Of a DNA stretch of 64,000 bases, positions 1-12,836 are shown one piece after another. Under the pieces are notes generated by a model, which was not told the DNA's origin, did no database searches, and saw nothing but the letters and a program-made list of their open reading frames with translations. The stretch is taken from assembly GCF_030028105.1 (NCBI RefSeq), contig NW_027278579.1, positions 1-64,000 on the forward strand, given 5' to 3'. Position numbers and translations under genes: made by a program. The DNA is from Mobula birostris (taxonomy: Eukaryota). How positions within the stretch are numbered: the first letter of the stretch is position 1; every line of letters begins with the position of its first letter.

Positions 1-152
1 GCTCCACTACAGCTCCGTTGATGTAGATGGGGACGTGAGTGTGGCTCCTGGCATGCCTGAAGTCCACAAAGATCTCCTTGGTCTTCTGGGTGTTAAGGAC
101 CAGGTTGTTGTCGGCACACCACACGGCCAGGTGCTGGACCTCGTCCCTGTAG
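1..152 (-). mobile_element. Rex1/Babar-like LINE RT fragment
   Basis: Reverse strand translates YRDEVQHLAVWCADNNLVLNTQKTKEIFVDFR, typical of the RT C-terminal part of this LINE group. Confidence 0.75.
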
Positions 153-839
153 GATAGTCCCTGAGCAATCAAGACCCCCGTCAAACTCTGCTTTAAATGC
201 ACCTTGGCCCCCGCAGCCGCCGCGGTGGCAACGAATTCTGCAGATTCACCGCTCCACCCCTGGCTAAAGAAATCCCTCCTCACCTCCATCCCTTTCATTC
301 TGGACTGTGCCTTCTGGCCCGAGACTTTCCCCACCAGTAGGAAACGTCCCTTCCGCTTCCGCTCTGTCTCGAGATCCAAGACGGTTCGACGTCATTTCCA
401 GTGCAGAAGTTTGAAGGGGAACAAAATAATTGTCGCTCTGGGTCTGACGCAGCACACAAAGTAAAATACAATAAGAAAAAAAAAAAATCACAATTATAAA
501 AAGACTGGATAACTTGTACACACAGATTGATTGTGACGTTAGGTGCAGGAGTGTCTGTACATAAGGTGACTCTGGCAGGAAATGATAAAGTCGTGGCAGT
601 GGGGGTGTTGACCAGCCTGACTCTTTTTGGGGGGGGAGGGAGAAAGTGACCATTTTTTAGTCTGACGGTCCTGGCATGGATGCTATGCAGCCCCCTCCCT
701 GCTGGGGAGCAGGTTGAACGGGTTTGAGTGGGAATCACCCCCGCCCCCTCACAGTTCTTCTGAACACCTCTGACAGTCTCCTGTAGACCCTCTCCAATGC
801 CAGCCCACCCTTTCTGAGATGGAGGGGTCCTATACTCCT

Positions 840-1120
840 CAGAATTCTACAGGGGCACAACTGAGAGCATCCTGACTGGCTGCATCACTGCCTGGTATGG
901 GAACTGTACTTCCCTTAATCACAGGAACCTGCAGAAAGTGGTGCGGACAGCCCAGCACATCTGTAGATGTGAACTTCCCACTATTCAGGACATTTACAGA
1001 GACAGGAGTGTGAAAAGGGCCCAAAGGATATTGGGGACCCAATTCACCACAACCACAAACTGTTCCAGCTGCTACCATCCCGGGAATCGGTACCGCAGCA
1101 TAAAAGCCGGGACCAACAGG
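840..1120 (+). mobile_element. Rex1-like LINE 3' ORF fragment
   Basis: Translates [15 protein letters not shown]...LQKVVRTAQHI...LPTIQDIY; the same motif recurs in other copies in the window. Confidence 0.7.
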
Positions 1121-1873
1121 TAGCAGGACATAACAATCACCGGGTTCGAATTTAAAAATTTATACTTGAAGTGAAGGTGTGAAGCAGAGGGGCTATGGCC
1201 CAGACTGAGCCCAGCAGATCTCCACCAGTTACCAGCCGGCATTCCCAGATGGAGGCCCTAACTCTCCCATCTCTCCCTCCGCTCTCCTCCTTCCCCATTC
1301 CTTCCATCCCCATCTCACTCTCCTCTGTCCCTACTCTTCCCCCTCTCTCTCTTCCATCTCCCCCTCCCCATCTCTGCACCCTCCCTGTCTCTTCCCCCTC
1401 TCTCTCTGTCACCCTATTTGCCCCCCATCTCCCCCACTTTCTCCTCTCCTTCCCCTCCCTTCTCTGCACATCTCCCTCCCTCCCACATCCCTCACCCCTC
1501 CCTGCTTCACCTCCTCTCTCCACCTTCTCCATTCCCTCCCTCCCTCTGTCCCCACTGTCCCCTCATCTCTCCCTTTGCCTCCCTCCTCTCTCCCCTCCTT
1601 CCCAATCTCTCTCCTTCCCCTCCCTCCCTCCCTCTCCCCTTCTCTCTCTCTCCCCCCATCTCTGCACCCTCCTTCTCTCCCCATCTGTTCCCCCCTTCCC
1701 TACTTTCTCCTCGCCCTCTCCCTCCTCCCCCTCCCTCCCTTCCTCCCTCATCTCCCCTTCCTCCCCAATCCCCCTCCAACTCTCCAACTCCACCTCTCCA
1801 CCTACCCCTCTCCTCCTGCACCTCACCCTCTCACCCCTCCCCCCCACCCTCCCCCTCTTGCGCCCCCCTGCAG

Positions 1874-2021
1874 TGCTGAGGGCGAGGGGGAGCGGGGCCG
1901 GAGGAGGCCGCGGGATCGCTCTGTGCAGAGGATGACCAACGCCGTCTGGGCCTTTGTCTTCACCAATCTGCTGCTGGTGGCGTTCGGGGTGACGTGCATG
2001 ATCAACCTGCTCCCCCTCCAG
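1874..2021 (+). CDS. slc43a1: slc43a1-like exon
   Basis: ctgcag| acceptor and CAG|gtaccc donor; [21 protein letters not shown]. Confidence 0.85.
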
Positions 2022-5000
2022 GTACCCCGCCAGGCATCGCGTGCCGGTCCCAGCCCGCGTGTACGCCGCGGCCCCACCGGTGACGGCAAGCGTGCCATGC
2101 GCCTTCTTCACCGTCCTGTCACCCCTGGGGGACCCGGCCCCCGAGATCCACGTGCACGGGCATTCTCTTTTTCCTTCTCCGTCCCACCTTTCTCCCTCTC
2201 CTTCTCCCCCCTCTCCCCCTTAACCCCTCTCTCCCTCCCTCCCCCTCTTGCCCCTTCTCCCCCCTCTCTCTCCTTCTCTCCCCTCACACTCTCTCTCCCC
2301 CTCCCTCCCCCTCTCCCCCTTTCTCCCTCCTTCCCCCTCTCTCCCCCTCCCCCCTTCTNNNNNNNNNNNNNNNNNNNNNNNNNNNNNNNNNNNNNNNNNN
2401 NNNNNNNNNNNNNNNNNNNNNNNNNNNNNNNNNNNNNNNNNNNNNNNNNNNNNNNNNNNNNNNNNNNNNNNNNNNNNNNNNNNNNNNNNNNNNNNNNNNN
2501 NNNNNNNNNNNNNNNNNNNNNNNNNNNNNNNNNNNNNNNNNNNNNNNNNNNNNCTCTCCTCTTCTTTCTCTCCCACCTTTCTCCCTCTCCCTCCCTCCCC
2601 CTCTTGCCCTTCTCCCCCCTCTCTCTCCTTCTCTCCCCTCACACTCTCTCTCCCTCCCCCTCTCCCCCTCCCTCCCCCTCTCTCCCTCCTTCCCCCTCTC
2701 TCCCCCTCCCCCTCACTCCTCCCCCCTCTCTCCTCTTCTTTCTCTCCCACCTTTCTCCCTCTCCCTTCCCTCTCTCCCTCCCTCCCCCTCCCCCCTCTTG
2801 CACTGCCTCCCTCCCCACTCTCTCTCCTTCTCTCCCCTCTCATCCCTCCCCCTCTCCCTGTCCCTCTCTCCTTCCCCTCTCTCCCCTTCTTTCTCTCTCC
2901 CACCTTTCTCCCTCTCTCTCCCTCCATCCCTCCCTCCCTCCCCCCTCTCCTTCCCTCCCTCCCCCTCTCTCTCCCCCCTCTCCCTTCCCCTCTCCCTTCC
3001 CTCTCTCTCTCAGACACACACTCTTGTGCCCATTCCCATGTGTATCCCGTCATGTGTACGCTCGTTCCCCCTCCCCCTGCGTTTCCCAGAGGGCTGGTTC
3101 GCACGGTGTTGGCCAGACACGGTGGTGGGGGGGGGGGGGGTTGCTGCACGCGCGTCCCCTGCCCGGACTCCGGTTGTGAGGGGTGGTGGGGTATGCGTGG
3201 GAAGATCTCACGAGCTCTCACCGGTCTCTCTCTCTCTCCCCCTCTCCCCTCCCTCTCCTGATCACCTGTCCCTCTCCCCCTGAAACAGTACCTCACCTTT
3301 GTCTTCCACACGGTGGTGCGAGGGTTCATCCATTCGGCCTGTGGAGGGCTCTACGCCTCTGTGTAAGTTGGGCGTGATGGGTGAGCGTGTGGGATGGCGG
3401 GCAATCCCCTTCTTCTACCAGTCTGCCATGTGTCTGTGAGTGGGCTGTTAATGGGTTAACTCCCCTCCGATTCGACAGTAACAGTCTCCCCCCTTCTCTG
3501 TCACCCTGTTTCTCTCTCTTTATCTCCCCATCTCTATCCCCCCTTCCATATCTTCCCCTCACACCTTCTCTCCCCCCTCCCGCTTTCTCTCCCTTCCTCT
3601 CTCTCTCTCTCATTCTCCCTCTCACGCTCTCCTGGTTTCCCTCTCCCTCACTCATCCTTTTGCTCTGCCTCTCCTCCTTTCTCCCTCTCCCTCTCCCTCT
3701 CTCTCTCCCCCACTCACCCTCTCCTCTCCCTCTCACTCACCCTCTCCTCTCTCTCTCTCTCTCCCCCTTTCTCCCTCTCCATCTCGCTCTCTCTCTCCTC
3801 CCCCACTCACCCTCTCCTCTCCCTCTCACTCACCCTCTCCTCTCTCTCTCCCCCCTTTCTCCCTCTCCCTCTCTCTCTCCCCCACTCACCCTCTCCTCTC
3901 CCTCTCACTCACCCTCTCCTCTCTCTCTCTCTCTCCCCCTTTCTCCCTCTCCCTCTCCCCCACTCACCCTCTCCTCTCCCTCTCACTCACCCTCTCCTCT
4001 CTCTCTCTCTCCCCCTTTCTCCCTCTCCATCTCGCTCTCTCTCTCCCCCACTCACCCTCTCCTCTCCCTCTCACTCACCCTCTCCNNNNNNNNNNNNNNN
4101 NNNNNNNNNNNNNNNNNNNNNNNNNNNNNNNNNNNNNNNNNNNNNNNNNNNNNNNNNNNNNNNNNNNNNNNNNNNNNNNNNNNNNNNNNNNNNNNNNNNN
4201 NNNNNNNNNNNNNNNNNNNNCCGCAGTTACCCTACCAATCACTTTGGTTCTCTGATCGGACTCCAGTCGCTGATCAGCGCCATAGTCGCTCTGTTACAGC
4301 AGCCTCTCTTCATCTTCATGCTGGGACCCCTTCACGGGAACCCCTTCTGGGTAGGTGACCTTCTGTGAACTCCCTGTCACCCCGTACATACCCCCCATCC
4401 CCGTCTCCATCACCCCCTCCATCCCCGTCTCCGTCACCCCTCCCTCCCCGTCACCATCACCCCTTTCCTCCCATCTCCGTCACTACCTCCCTCCCTGTCT
4501 CCCCTCCTTCCCCGCCTCCATCACCCCCTCCCTCTCCCGTCACTGTCACCCCCATCCTCCCGTCTCCGTCACCCCATACATCCCCTCCCTTCCCCGTCTC
4601 CGTCACCCCCTCCATCCGCTAAAACACTCCCTTCCCCGGCTCCCCTCCTTCCCCATCTCCATCACCCCTCCCTCCCCGTCTCCATCACCCCTTTCCTCCC
4701 ATCTCCGTCACCACCTCCCTCCCCATCACCCCTCCCTCCCCGTCACTGTCACCCCCATCCTCCCGTCTCCGTCACCCCTCCTTCCCCGTCACCCCGTACA
4801 TCCCCTCCCTTCCCCGTCTCCGTCACCCCCTCCATCCGCTAAAACACTCCTTCCCCGGCTCCCCTCCTTCCCCGTCTCCATCACCCCTCCCTCCCCGTCT
4901 CCATCACCCCTTTCCTCCCATCTCTGTCACCACCTCCCTCCCCGTCTCCCCTCCTTCTCTGTCTCCATCACCCCTCCCTCCTCGTCACTGTCACCCCCAT

Positions 5001-7543
5001 CCTCCTGACCTCCGTCACCCCCTTTCCCATCTCCCCTCCTTCCCCGTCTCCATCACCCCTCCTTCCCCATCACCCCATAAATCCCCTCCCTCCCTGTCTC
5101 CGTCACCCCCTCCATCCGCTAAAACACTCCCTCCCTGTCTCCCCTCCTTCCCCGTCTCCATCACCCCCTCCCTCCCCATCTTCCATCACCCCTTTCCTCC
5201 CATCTCCGTCACCACCTCCCTCCCCGTCTCCCCTCCTTCCCCGTCTCCATCACCCCTCCCTCCTCATCACTGTCACCCCCATCCTCCCGACTCCGTCACC
5301 CCTTTCCCATCTCCCCTCCTTCCCCGTCTCTGTCACCCCTCCTTCCCCATCACCCCATAAATCCCCTCCTTCCCTGTCTCCGTCACCCCTCCATCCGCTA
5401 AAACACTCCCTCCCCCGTCTCCCCTCCTTCCCTGTCTCCGTCACCCCTCCTTCCCCGTCACTCCGTACATCCCCTCCCTCCCCGTCTCCTTCACCCCCCT
5501 CCATCCACTAAAACACTCCCTCCCCGGCTCCATCACCCCTCCTTCCCCATCACCCCCCTTCCTCCCATCTCCGTCACCACCTCCATCCCCATCTCCGTCA
5601 CCCCCATCCTCCCATCTCCATCATCCCCCTCACTCACCTACACCCCCTCCCTCCGTGTCTGCGTCACCCCCTCCCTCCCCCTACACCCCTCCACGTCTCC
5701 ATCACCCACTCTCTCCCCTACACCCCTACCCGTCTCCATCACCCCTCCCTCCCCTACACCCCTCCCAGTCTCCATCACCCCTCCCTCCCCTACACCCATC
5801 CCCGTCTCCATCACCACCTCCCTCCCCTACACCCCTCCCCGTCTCCATCACCCCCTCCCTCCCCTACACCCCTCCACGTCTCCATCACCCACTCCCTCCC
5901 CTACACCCCTACCCGTCTCCATCACCCCCTCCCTCCCCTACACCCCTCCCAGTCTCCATCACCCCTCCTCCCCTACACCCATCCCCGTCTCCATCACCCC
6001 CTCCCTCCCCTACACCCCTCCCCGTCTCCATCACCCCCCTCCCTCCCCTACAACCCTCCCTGTCTCCATCACCCCTCCCTCCACTACACCCCTCCCCGTC
6101 TCCGTCACCCCCTCCCTCCCCTACACCCCTCCCCGTCTCCATCACCCCTCCCTCCCCTACAACCCCCTCCACGTCTCCGTCACCCTCCCCGTCTCCATCA
6201 CCCCCTCTCTCCCCTACACCCCTCCCCGTCTCCATCACCCCCTCCCTCCCCTCCACCCCTTACCGTCTCCGTCACCTCCTCTCTCCCCTACACCCCTCCC
6301 CATCTCCATCACCCCCTCCCTCCCCTACACCCCTCCCCATCTCCATTACCCTCCCTCCCCTACACCCCTCCCCGTCTCCGTCACCCCCTCCCTCCCCTAC
6401 ACCCCTCCACGTCTCCGTCACCCCCTCCCTCCCATACACCCCTCCCCATCTCCGTCACCCCTCCCTCCTCTACACCCCTCCCCGCTGTCAGCCTCCCTCC
6501 CCTACACCCCCTCCCCGTCTCTGTCACCCCCCTCCCTCCCCTACACCCCTCCCCGTCTCCGTCACCCTCCCTCCCCTACACCCCTCCCCGTCTCCATCAA
6601 CCCCTCCCTCCCCTACACCCCTCCCCATCTCCGTCACCCCTCCCTCCCCCTACGCCCCTCCACGTCTCCGTCACCCACTCCCTCCCCTACACCCCTCCAC
6701 GTCTCCATCAACCCCTCCCTCCCCTACACCCCTCCCCATCTCCGTCACCCCTCCCTCCCCTACGCCCCTCCACGTCTCCGTCACCCACTTCCCTCCCCTA
6801 CACTCCCTCCACGTCTCCATCACCCCTCCGTCCCCTACACCCCTCCACGTCTCCGTCACCCCCCTCCCTCCCCTACACCCCTCTACGTCTCCGTCACCCC
6901 TCCCTCCCCTACACCCCTCCCCGTCTCCATCAACCCCTCCCTCCCCTACACCCCTCCCCATCTCCGTCACCCCTCCCTCCCCTACGCCCCTCCACGTCTC
7001 CGTCACCCACTCCCTCCCCTACACCCCTCCACGTCTCCATCACCCCTCCCTCCCCTACACCCCTCCCCGTCTCCATCACCCCCTCCCTCCCCTACACCCC
7101 TCCCCGTCTCCATCACCCCTCCCTCCCCTACACCCCTCCCCGTCTCCATCACCCCCTCCTTCCCCCTACACCCCTCCCCGTCTCCATCACCCCTCCCTCC
7201 CCCTACACCCCTCCCCGTCTCCATCACCCCCTCCCTCCCCTACACCCCTCTACGTCTCCGTCACCCCCCTCCCTCCCCTATACCCCTCCCCCTCTGGGTG
7301 TCTGCCTCCCTTGGGCCCTCATTGACCGACTGCCCCCTCTGCTCCCTCGGCAGGTGAACCTCGGCCTGATGGCCCTCTCGTCGATTGGCTTCCTGCTGCC
7401 CGGCTACCTCTGGTACCACTGTCGGCAGCTCCTCCGGGGGATGGAGAGGGGGGGCCGGGGTCCCGTCCAGCCCCGGCAAGCCGGACCCCCAGGCCGACCC
7501 CTCCTGCAACGGCCTGCTGCCCGCGGATGAGTCGACGGCCTAG
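1874..7543 (+). CDS. slc43a1: SLC43A1 (LAT3)-like large neutral amino acid transporter, last four coding exons (1874-2021, 3289-3362, 4227-4350, 7354-7530/7543); 5' part is upstream of the window
   Basis: GT-AG exons join in frame as ...[119 protein letters not shown], matching the SLC43 C-terminal TM helices. HSACG, NHFG and PFWVNLGL favour SLC43A1 over SLC43A2. Confidence 0.88.
3289..3362 (+). CDS. slc43a1: slc43a1-like exon (74 bp)
   Basis: aaacag| acceptor and |gtaagt donor; [24 protein letters not shown]. Confidence 0.9.
4227..4350 (+). CDS. slc43a1: slc43a1-like exon (124 bp)
   Basis: ccgcag| acceptor and |gtaggt donor; [28 protein letters not shown]. Confidence 0.9.
4375..7290. repeat. 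C-rich intronic minisatellite; from ~5640 a ~35-bp unit (cccctccctcccctacacccctccccgtctccatca)
   Basis: Tandem degenerate units seen directly. Confidence 0.9.
7354..7543 (+). CDS. slc43a1: slc43a1-like terminal coding exon
   Basis: ggcag| acceptor; [21 protein letters not shown]. Stop is TGA ending at 7530 as assembled, or TAG ending at 7543 if the G-run at 7448-7454 is one base too long. Confidence 0.8.
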
Positions 7544-9109
7544 CGGCCGGAGCCCATCCCACGGATCCACCCCCTCCCCTACTCCCCGCCCTGCCTCATC
7601 CCCTCCCCCCCAACACCTCCATGGAGACGCAGAGAGAGGCCCAGCCTGAGCTGCTACCTCTTTCGTCACCATCGTTAACCTGAAGGGAGACGAGGCTCGG
7701 TCTGTCTCCATGGTGATGGGATAGGAGTTGGGGTCTCGCTGTGTCACCGTGGAGATCGGGTGCGAGGCGGGGCCTGCTGTTACCCGCGAGGAAGCAGGGA
7801 AGGGGGAAGCCTTGCTCTGTTGCCGCGGTGACGCGTGGACAGAGCCAGGGCCTGTCCTGTCGCCACGGTGAGTTACCAGGTGATGTGAATGCAACCGTGA
7901 ATTGGGAACAGGAGGCAGCCATTGTTCTGTTGCCGTGGTGATTCCAGGACGTCGTTTGGATCCCGGTCCCCCCCCCCCCGCCCACCCCCATCATGTGAGG
8001 ACGCGGAGGACCCTCGGGGACAGGGTTACCGGGTCCTCACAGCCATCACCGTGGAGACTGGCCGATGGTGACAGCCTTTGCTCCGTCGCCGTGGAGACTG
8101 GGGCCTAACCATAACAGGCTCTGGTTTCCTATTAATTTATCCAGTTCAATTTCTTTTTAACTCCGTTTCTCTTTTTTTTTTTTTTTTTTGGGAGGTTTTA
8201 ATAGGAAAAGAAGGGACAATGAGAGTTTATTATTAATATTTTTCTGCTGTGTCCGTCAATTTCTCAGCTTTGCTGCCTTCCGAGGATCGGGCGAGGCGGA
8301 CGCCTCGTTCCCTTCCTCCTTCGTTCATCCCACTGGTACTCATTATTGTAACGGATGTAAAATGAAACCGGTGGGCCAGATTTGAAGGGAAGGGTTAATC
8401 AGGGAGTCCAGGCCACAGCGGGTGGCCCACGGCCTTGCCCCTGGCCTCTTCTGGGGTATAAGGTCCCGGTTGCCAGGTCGACGGCGACAGGGCGGTTGCC
8501 CCGGCAACTGCGTCCAAGGCGGGCGGGTAACCAGGTGACGGTCACTCAGACGGTTCTCGACCAGAAGATCAGCACCGTTGCCTGGGCAACGACCGCGTGA
8601 CTGGTGAAGGCGGGCCATCTTGCCCAGGCAGGCGATTGTACCATTGCCCCGGCAATGGCCGTGGCCTTCAATAGGGAATTTTCAAGGCAACGTTAAAGTG
8701 AGCAACATTTCCTGAGCGTGCGTGTGTGCGTGCTGTGAGTGAGAGTGAGTGTGTGTGTTGTGTGCGTGTATCTGTAGGGAGTTTTATCTCAACTCGAACC
8801 AAATGGCACCCTTCTGAGAAGCCCTCGCTCAGAGGTTTGGTCCTGGGCGGAGGTTCGCAGTGGTGCTACTACCCGAACCCGCCCCGAGGCTGCCTCTATC
8901 GGTGAGAATCCGAACAAGGGGAAAAATCTGGCCGGCAAGCTTCGGAACCGTGGCCGCTTGAAAGGTCAAGTTTCTGAGGGGGAGAACACTATAAAAATGT
9001 CATTTATATATCCAGAATCTTGTGTTCAGAATGAGTTCATGGCCCACGAGGTCAGTGTGTGTGGAGCTAACTTCACCGCCAACACGTCTCTCCCCACTCC
9101 CCCCCCCCC

Positions 9110-11345
9110 CCCAGTGTGGACACCGAGCGCTCCGGGACACGGGTCAGACACGGTGTGGAACTCCCTCTACGTCACCCCCACAGAGTGTCCCCCCCACTTT
9201 ATCCCCAGTGTGGACACCGAGCGCTCCCGGGACACGGGTCAGACACTGTGTGGAGCTCCCTCTACGTCACCCCCCACAGAGTGTCCCCCCCACTTTATCC
9301 CCAGTGTGGACACCGAGCGCTCCCGGGACACGGGTCAGACACGGTGTGGAGCTCCCTCTACATCACCCCCACAGTGTGTCCACCCCACTTTATCCCCAGT
9401 GTGGGCACCAAGCGCTCCCGGGACACGGGTCAGACACGGTGTGGAGCTCCCTCTACATCACCCCCACAGTGTGTCCTCCCACTTTATCCCCAGTGTGGGC
9501 ACCGAGCGCTCCCGGGACACGGGTCAGACACGGTGTGGAGCTCCCTCTACATCACCCCCACAGTGTGTCCCCCCCCCCCACTTTATCCCCAGTGTGGACA
9601 CCGAGCGCTCCCAGGACATGGGTCAGACACAGTGTGGAGCTCCCTCTACATCACCCCCACAGTGTGTCCCCCCCACTTTATCCCCAGTGTGGGCACCGAG
9701 CGCTCCCGGGACACGGGTCAGACACGGTGTGGAGCTCCCTCTACACCACCACCCACAGTGTGTCTCCCCACTTTATCCCCAGTGTGGGCACCGAGCGCTC
9801 CCCAGGACACGGGTCAGACACGGTGTGGAGCTCCCTCTACATCACCCCCCACAGTGTGTCCCCCCCACTTTATCCCCAGTGTGGGCACCGAGCGCTCCCG
9901 GGACACGGGTCAGACACGGTGTGGAGCTCCCTCTACATCACCCCCACAGTGTGTCCCCCCCACTTTATCCCCAGTGTGGACACCGAGCGCTCCCGGGACA
10001 CGGGTCAGACACGGTGTGGAGCTCCCTCTACATCACCCCCCCACAGTGTGTCCCCCCACTTTATCCCCAGTGTGGGCACCGAGCGGTCCCGGGACACGGG
10101 TCAGACACGGTGTGGAGCTCCCTCTACATCACCCCCACAGTGTGTCCCCCCCCCCACTTTATCCCCAGTGTGGACACCGAGCGCTCCCGGGACACGGGTC
10201 AGACACAGTGTGGAGCTCCCTCTACATCACCCCCACAGTGTGTCCCCCCCACTTTATCCCCAGTGTGGGCACCGAGCGCTCCCGGGACACGGGTCAGACA
10301 CGGTGTGGAGCTCCCTCTACACCACCCCCACAGTGTGTCTCCCCACTTTATCCCCAGTGTGGGCACCGAGCGCTCCCAGGACACGGGTCAGACACGGTGT
10401 GGAGCTCCCTCTACATCACCCCCACAGTGTGTCCCCCCCACTTTATCCCCAGTGTGGGCACCGAGCGGGTCCCCGGGACACGGGTCAGACACGGTGTGGA
10501 GCTCCCTCTACATCACCCCCCACAGTGTGTCCCCCCCCCCCCACTTTATCCCCAGTGTGGACACCGAGCGCTCCCAGGACACGGGTCAGACACAGTGTGG
10601 AGCTCCCCTCTACATCACCCCCCACAGTGTGTCCCCCCACTTTATCCCCCAGTGTGGGCACCGAGCGCTCCCGGACACGGGTCAGACACGGTGTGGAGCT
10701 CCCTCTACACCACCCCCACAGTGTGTCTCCCTACAGGGCCCACTTTATCCCCAGTGTGGGCACCGAGCGCTCCCAGGACACGGGTCAGACACGGTGTGGA
10801 GCTCCCTCTACATCACCCCCACAGTGTGTCCCCCCCATTTTATCCCCAGTGTGGGCACCGAGCGGTCCCGGGACACGGGTCAGACACGGTGTGGAGCTCC
10901 CTCTACATCACCCCCACAGTGTGTTCCCCCCCCCCCCACTTTATCCCCAGTGTGGGCACCGAGCGCTCCCGGGACGCGGGTCAGACACGGTGTGGAGCTC
11001 CCTCTACCTCACCCCCACAGTGTGTCCCCCCACTTTATCCCCAGTGTGGACACCAAGCGCTCCCCGGGACGCGGGTCAGACACGGTGTGGAGCTCCCTCT
11101 ATATCACCCCCACAGTGTGTCCCCCCACTTTATCCCCAGTGTGGGCACCGAGCGGTCCCGGGACACGGGTCAGACACGGTGTGGAGCTCCCTCTACATCA
11201 CCCCCCCACAGTGTGTCCCCCCCCCCCACTTTATCCCCAGTGTGGACACCGAGCGCTCCCGGGACACGGGTCAGACACGGTGTGGAGCTCCCTCTACATC
11301 ACCCCGACAGTGTGTCCCCCCCACTTTATCCCCAGTGTGGGCACT
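9110..11345. repeat. ~94-bp tandem repeat, about 24 copies
   Basis: Unit ccccagtgtgggcaccgagcgctcccgggacacgggtcagacacggtgtggagctccctctacatcacccccacagtgtgtc(c)nactttat; variation mostly in C-run length. Confidence 0.95.
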
Positions 11346-11706
11346 GAGTGCTGCCTGATCACACACACAATTTAGTCATTTAGTTGGGATGGAGGAGACC
11401 GGTGGGTGGGGGGAATGCAGGGAGGAGGAAAGAGAGAGAGAGAATGAGAAAGAAAATGAATTGAGTGGTGTGGAGGGTGAGGGGAGGCGAGAAAAAGAGA
11501 GGCAAGGATTAACAGATAGAGGTGTGGGGGAAGAAGGGAGAGTGAAAGAACGACGGGGGAGGGAATGAGGGAAAGGTGAGGGAGGAGAAAGAGAGTGCTG
11601 AAGACAGAACAGGAGAGCGAGGGATGGGGCAAGGTGAGTGGGTGAGGGAGAGGTTGAACATTCACCCTTACCCGTCTGGGAGTGGATGAGCGGCCGGGAA
11701 ATGTCC

Positions 11707-11768
11707 AGGCCCCGGTGAGATTCGAACTCCTGACCCCTGGTATTAACGATCCCTGAGCTGTGGGAGCC
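11707..11768 (-). pseudogene. tRNA-Thr pseudogene with anticodon arm disrupted/deleted
   Basis: Matches the T-arm/acceptor and 5' end of the tRNA at 22079-22151, but the central part is replaced and shortened. Confidence 0.6.
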
Positions 11769-12329
11769 TCTTTGGACAGCCACCACGTTGTATAGCGCAG
11801 GGCCAGGCCACTCGGCCCGAATTGTCCGTGATAGCCCAGCTAGCCCCGCCTCTTCCTCTCTGCGTAACCGTCCAAGTATCTTTCACATATTGCTCATGTA
11901 TGGAAGTCAAGCATTTCCTCCGGCAGCTCGTTCTACCCCCGGGTGAAAGACCGGCCCCTTTTTAATCACTCCCTCCCCCCACCGCCACCACCTTCTCATC
12001 TGTGATCTCTAGATTTCCTTTCTCCCCGTCCCCCCCAAAAAAAAACCTCTCACTGGCAGTGGAGTACATGCTGCTCTCTGTGTGAACGACTTCCTACTTC
12101 GAGTCCCTTCCAAATTTCTTCCTCCACCCACCAAATCCGTCCTCTTGAGTTTTATTTCTGGGTGGGTGACGGGGCATAGCAGCTTCTTTTAGTCACCCCT
12201 ATTCACGTCCTCCGTGTTTATATTTTTCTCCCCCTGGGCTTAACTTTATTCGCCGCGGACGGTTCCGCGCGTTAGGAATTTTCCCGTGACCTGTTGGCAC
12301 GGCCGCAGGCAGCGCCGTCTCCTTGCGCT

Positions 12330-12650
12330 GTGTGAGGCCGCACCTCGAGTACCGTGTGCGCAATTTCGGTCCCCGTATTGTGCGAGGGAAGGGCGGCTGG
12401 ACTCCCCCGCCCCCGAGGTCTGCGGGGGGGGGTGAGCTATGAAGAAAGATGGGGGGGAAAATTAAATCTTTGTCACTGAAGTAGGCGTAGATTGAGAGGG
12501 GACGCGACAGAAAGTCGCGTACGGGTTCAAGGGAGTGGAGGCTAGTGTTACTTCAAATTTAATCCATCACCCAGGGCACGGGGACGGAGATGGAGACTTG
12601 GTTAAAGCGAGAGTTCAGACTAACGCGGGGAAGCATTTCTTTACTCAGCG
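12330..12650 (+). mobile_element. Degraded CR1/HER1-like LINE 3' fragment
   Basis: VRPHLEY-type motif and a ...KHFFTQR remnant. Confidence 0.55.
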
Positions 12651-12699
12651 AGCTACCTCATTGTACAGGCCTCAGAGAACTCCCGAATATGTTACTTCA

Positions 12700-12836
12700 A
12701 CGCAAACACGAGGAAATCTGCAGATGCTGGAAGTTCAAGCAACACACATCAAAGTTGCTGGTGAATGCAACGGGCCAGGCAGCATCTGTAGGAAGAGGTA
12801 CGGTCGACGTTTCAGGCCAAGACCCTTCATCAGGAC
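12700..12836 (-). mobile_element. Penelope-like element terminal fragment with hammerhead motif
   Basis: Reverse complement reads gtc-CTGATGA-agggtcttggcct-GAAAC-GTC-gac; same family as 17105-17570. Confidence 0.75.

Larger units (their letters stand above)
1260..4085. repeat. CT-rich low-complexity intronic sequence; assembly gaps at 2359-2553 and 4086-4220
   Basis: Polypyrimidine (C/T) tracts and N-runs seen directly. Confidence 0.9.

Noticed and set aside
1195-7325. Pro/Ser/Leu-rich ORFs resembling extensin or mucin
   Set aside because: Translations of C/T-rich intronic low-complexity DNA, some spanning N gaps
9110-11345. CRISPR-like array or RAG RSS array (CACAGTG in most units)
   Set aside because: No unique spacers and the context is eukaryotic; no ACAAAAACC nonamer at 12 or 23 bp
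8958-11375. Long ORFs of 743-805 aa
   Set aside because: Products of a 94-bp tandem repeat whose C-run indels shuffle frames; no domain signal
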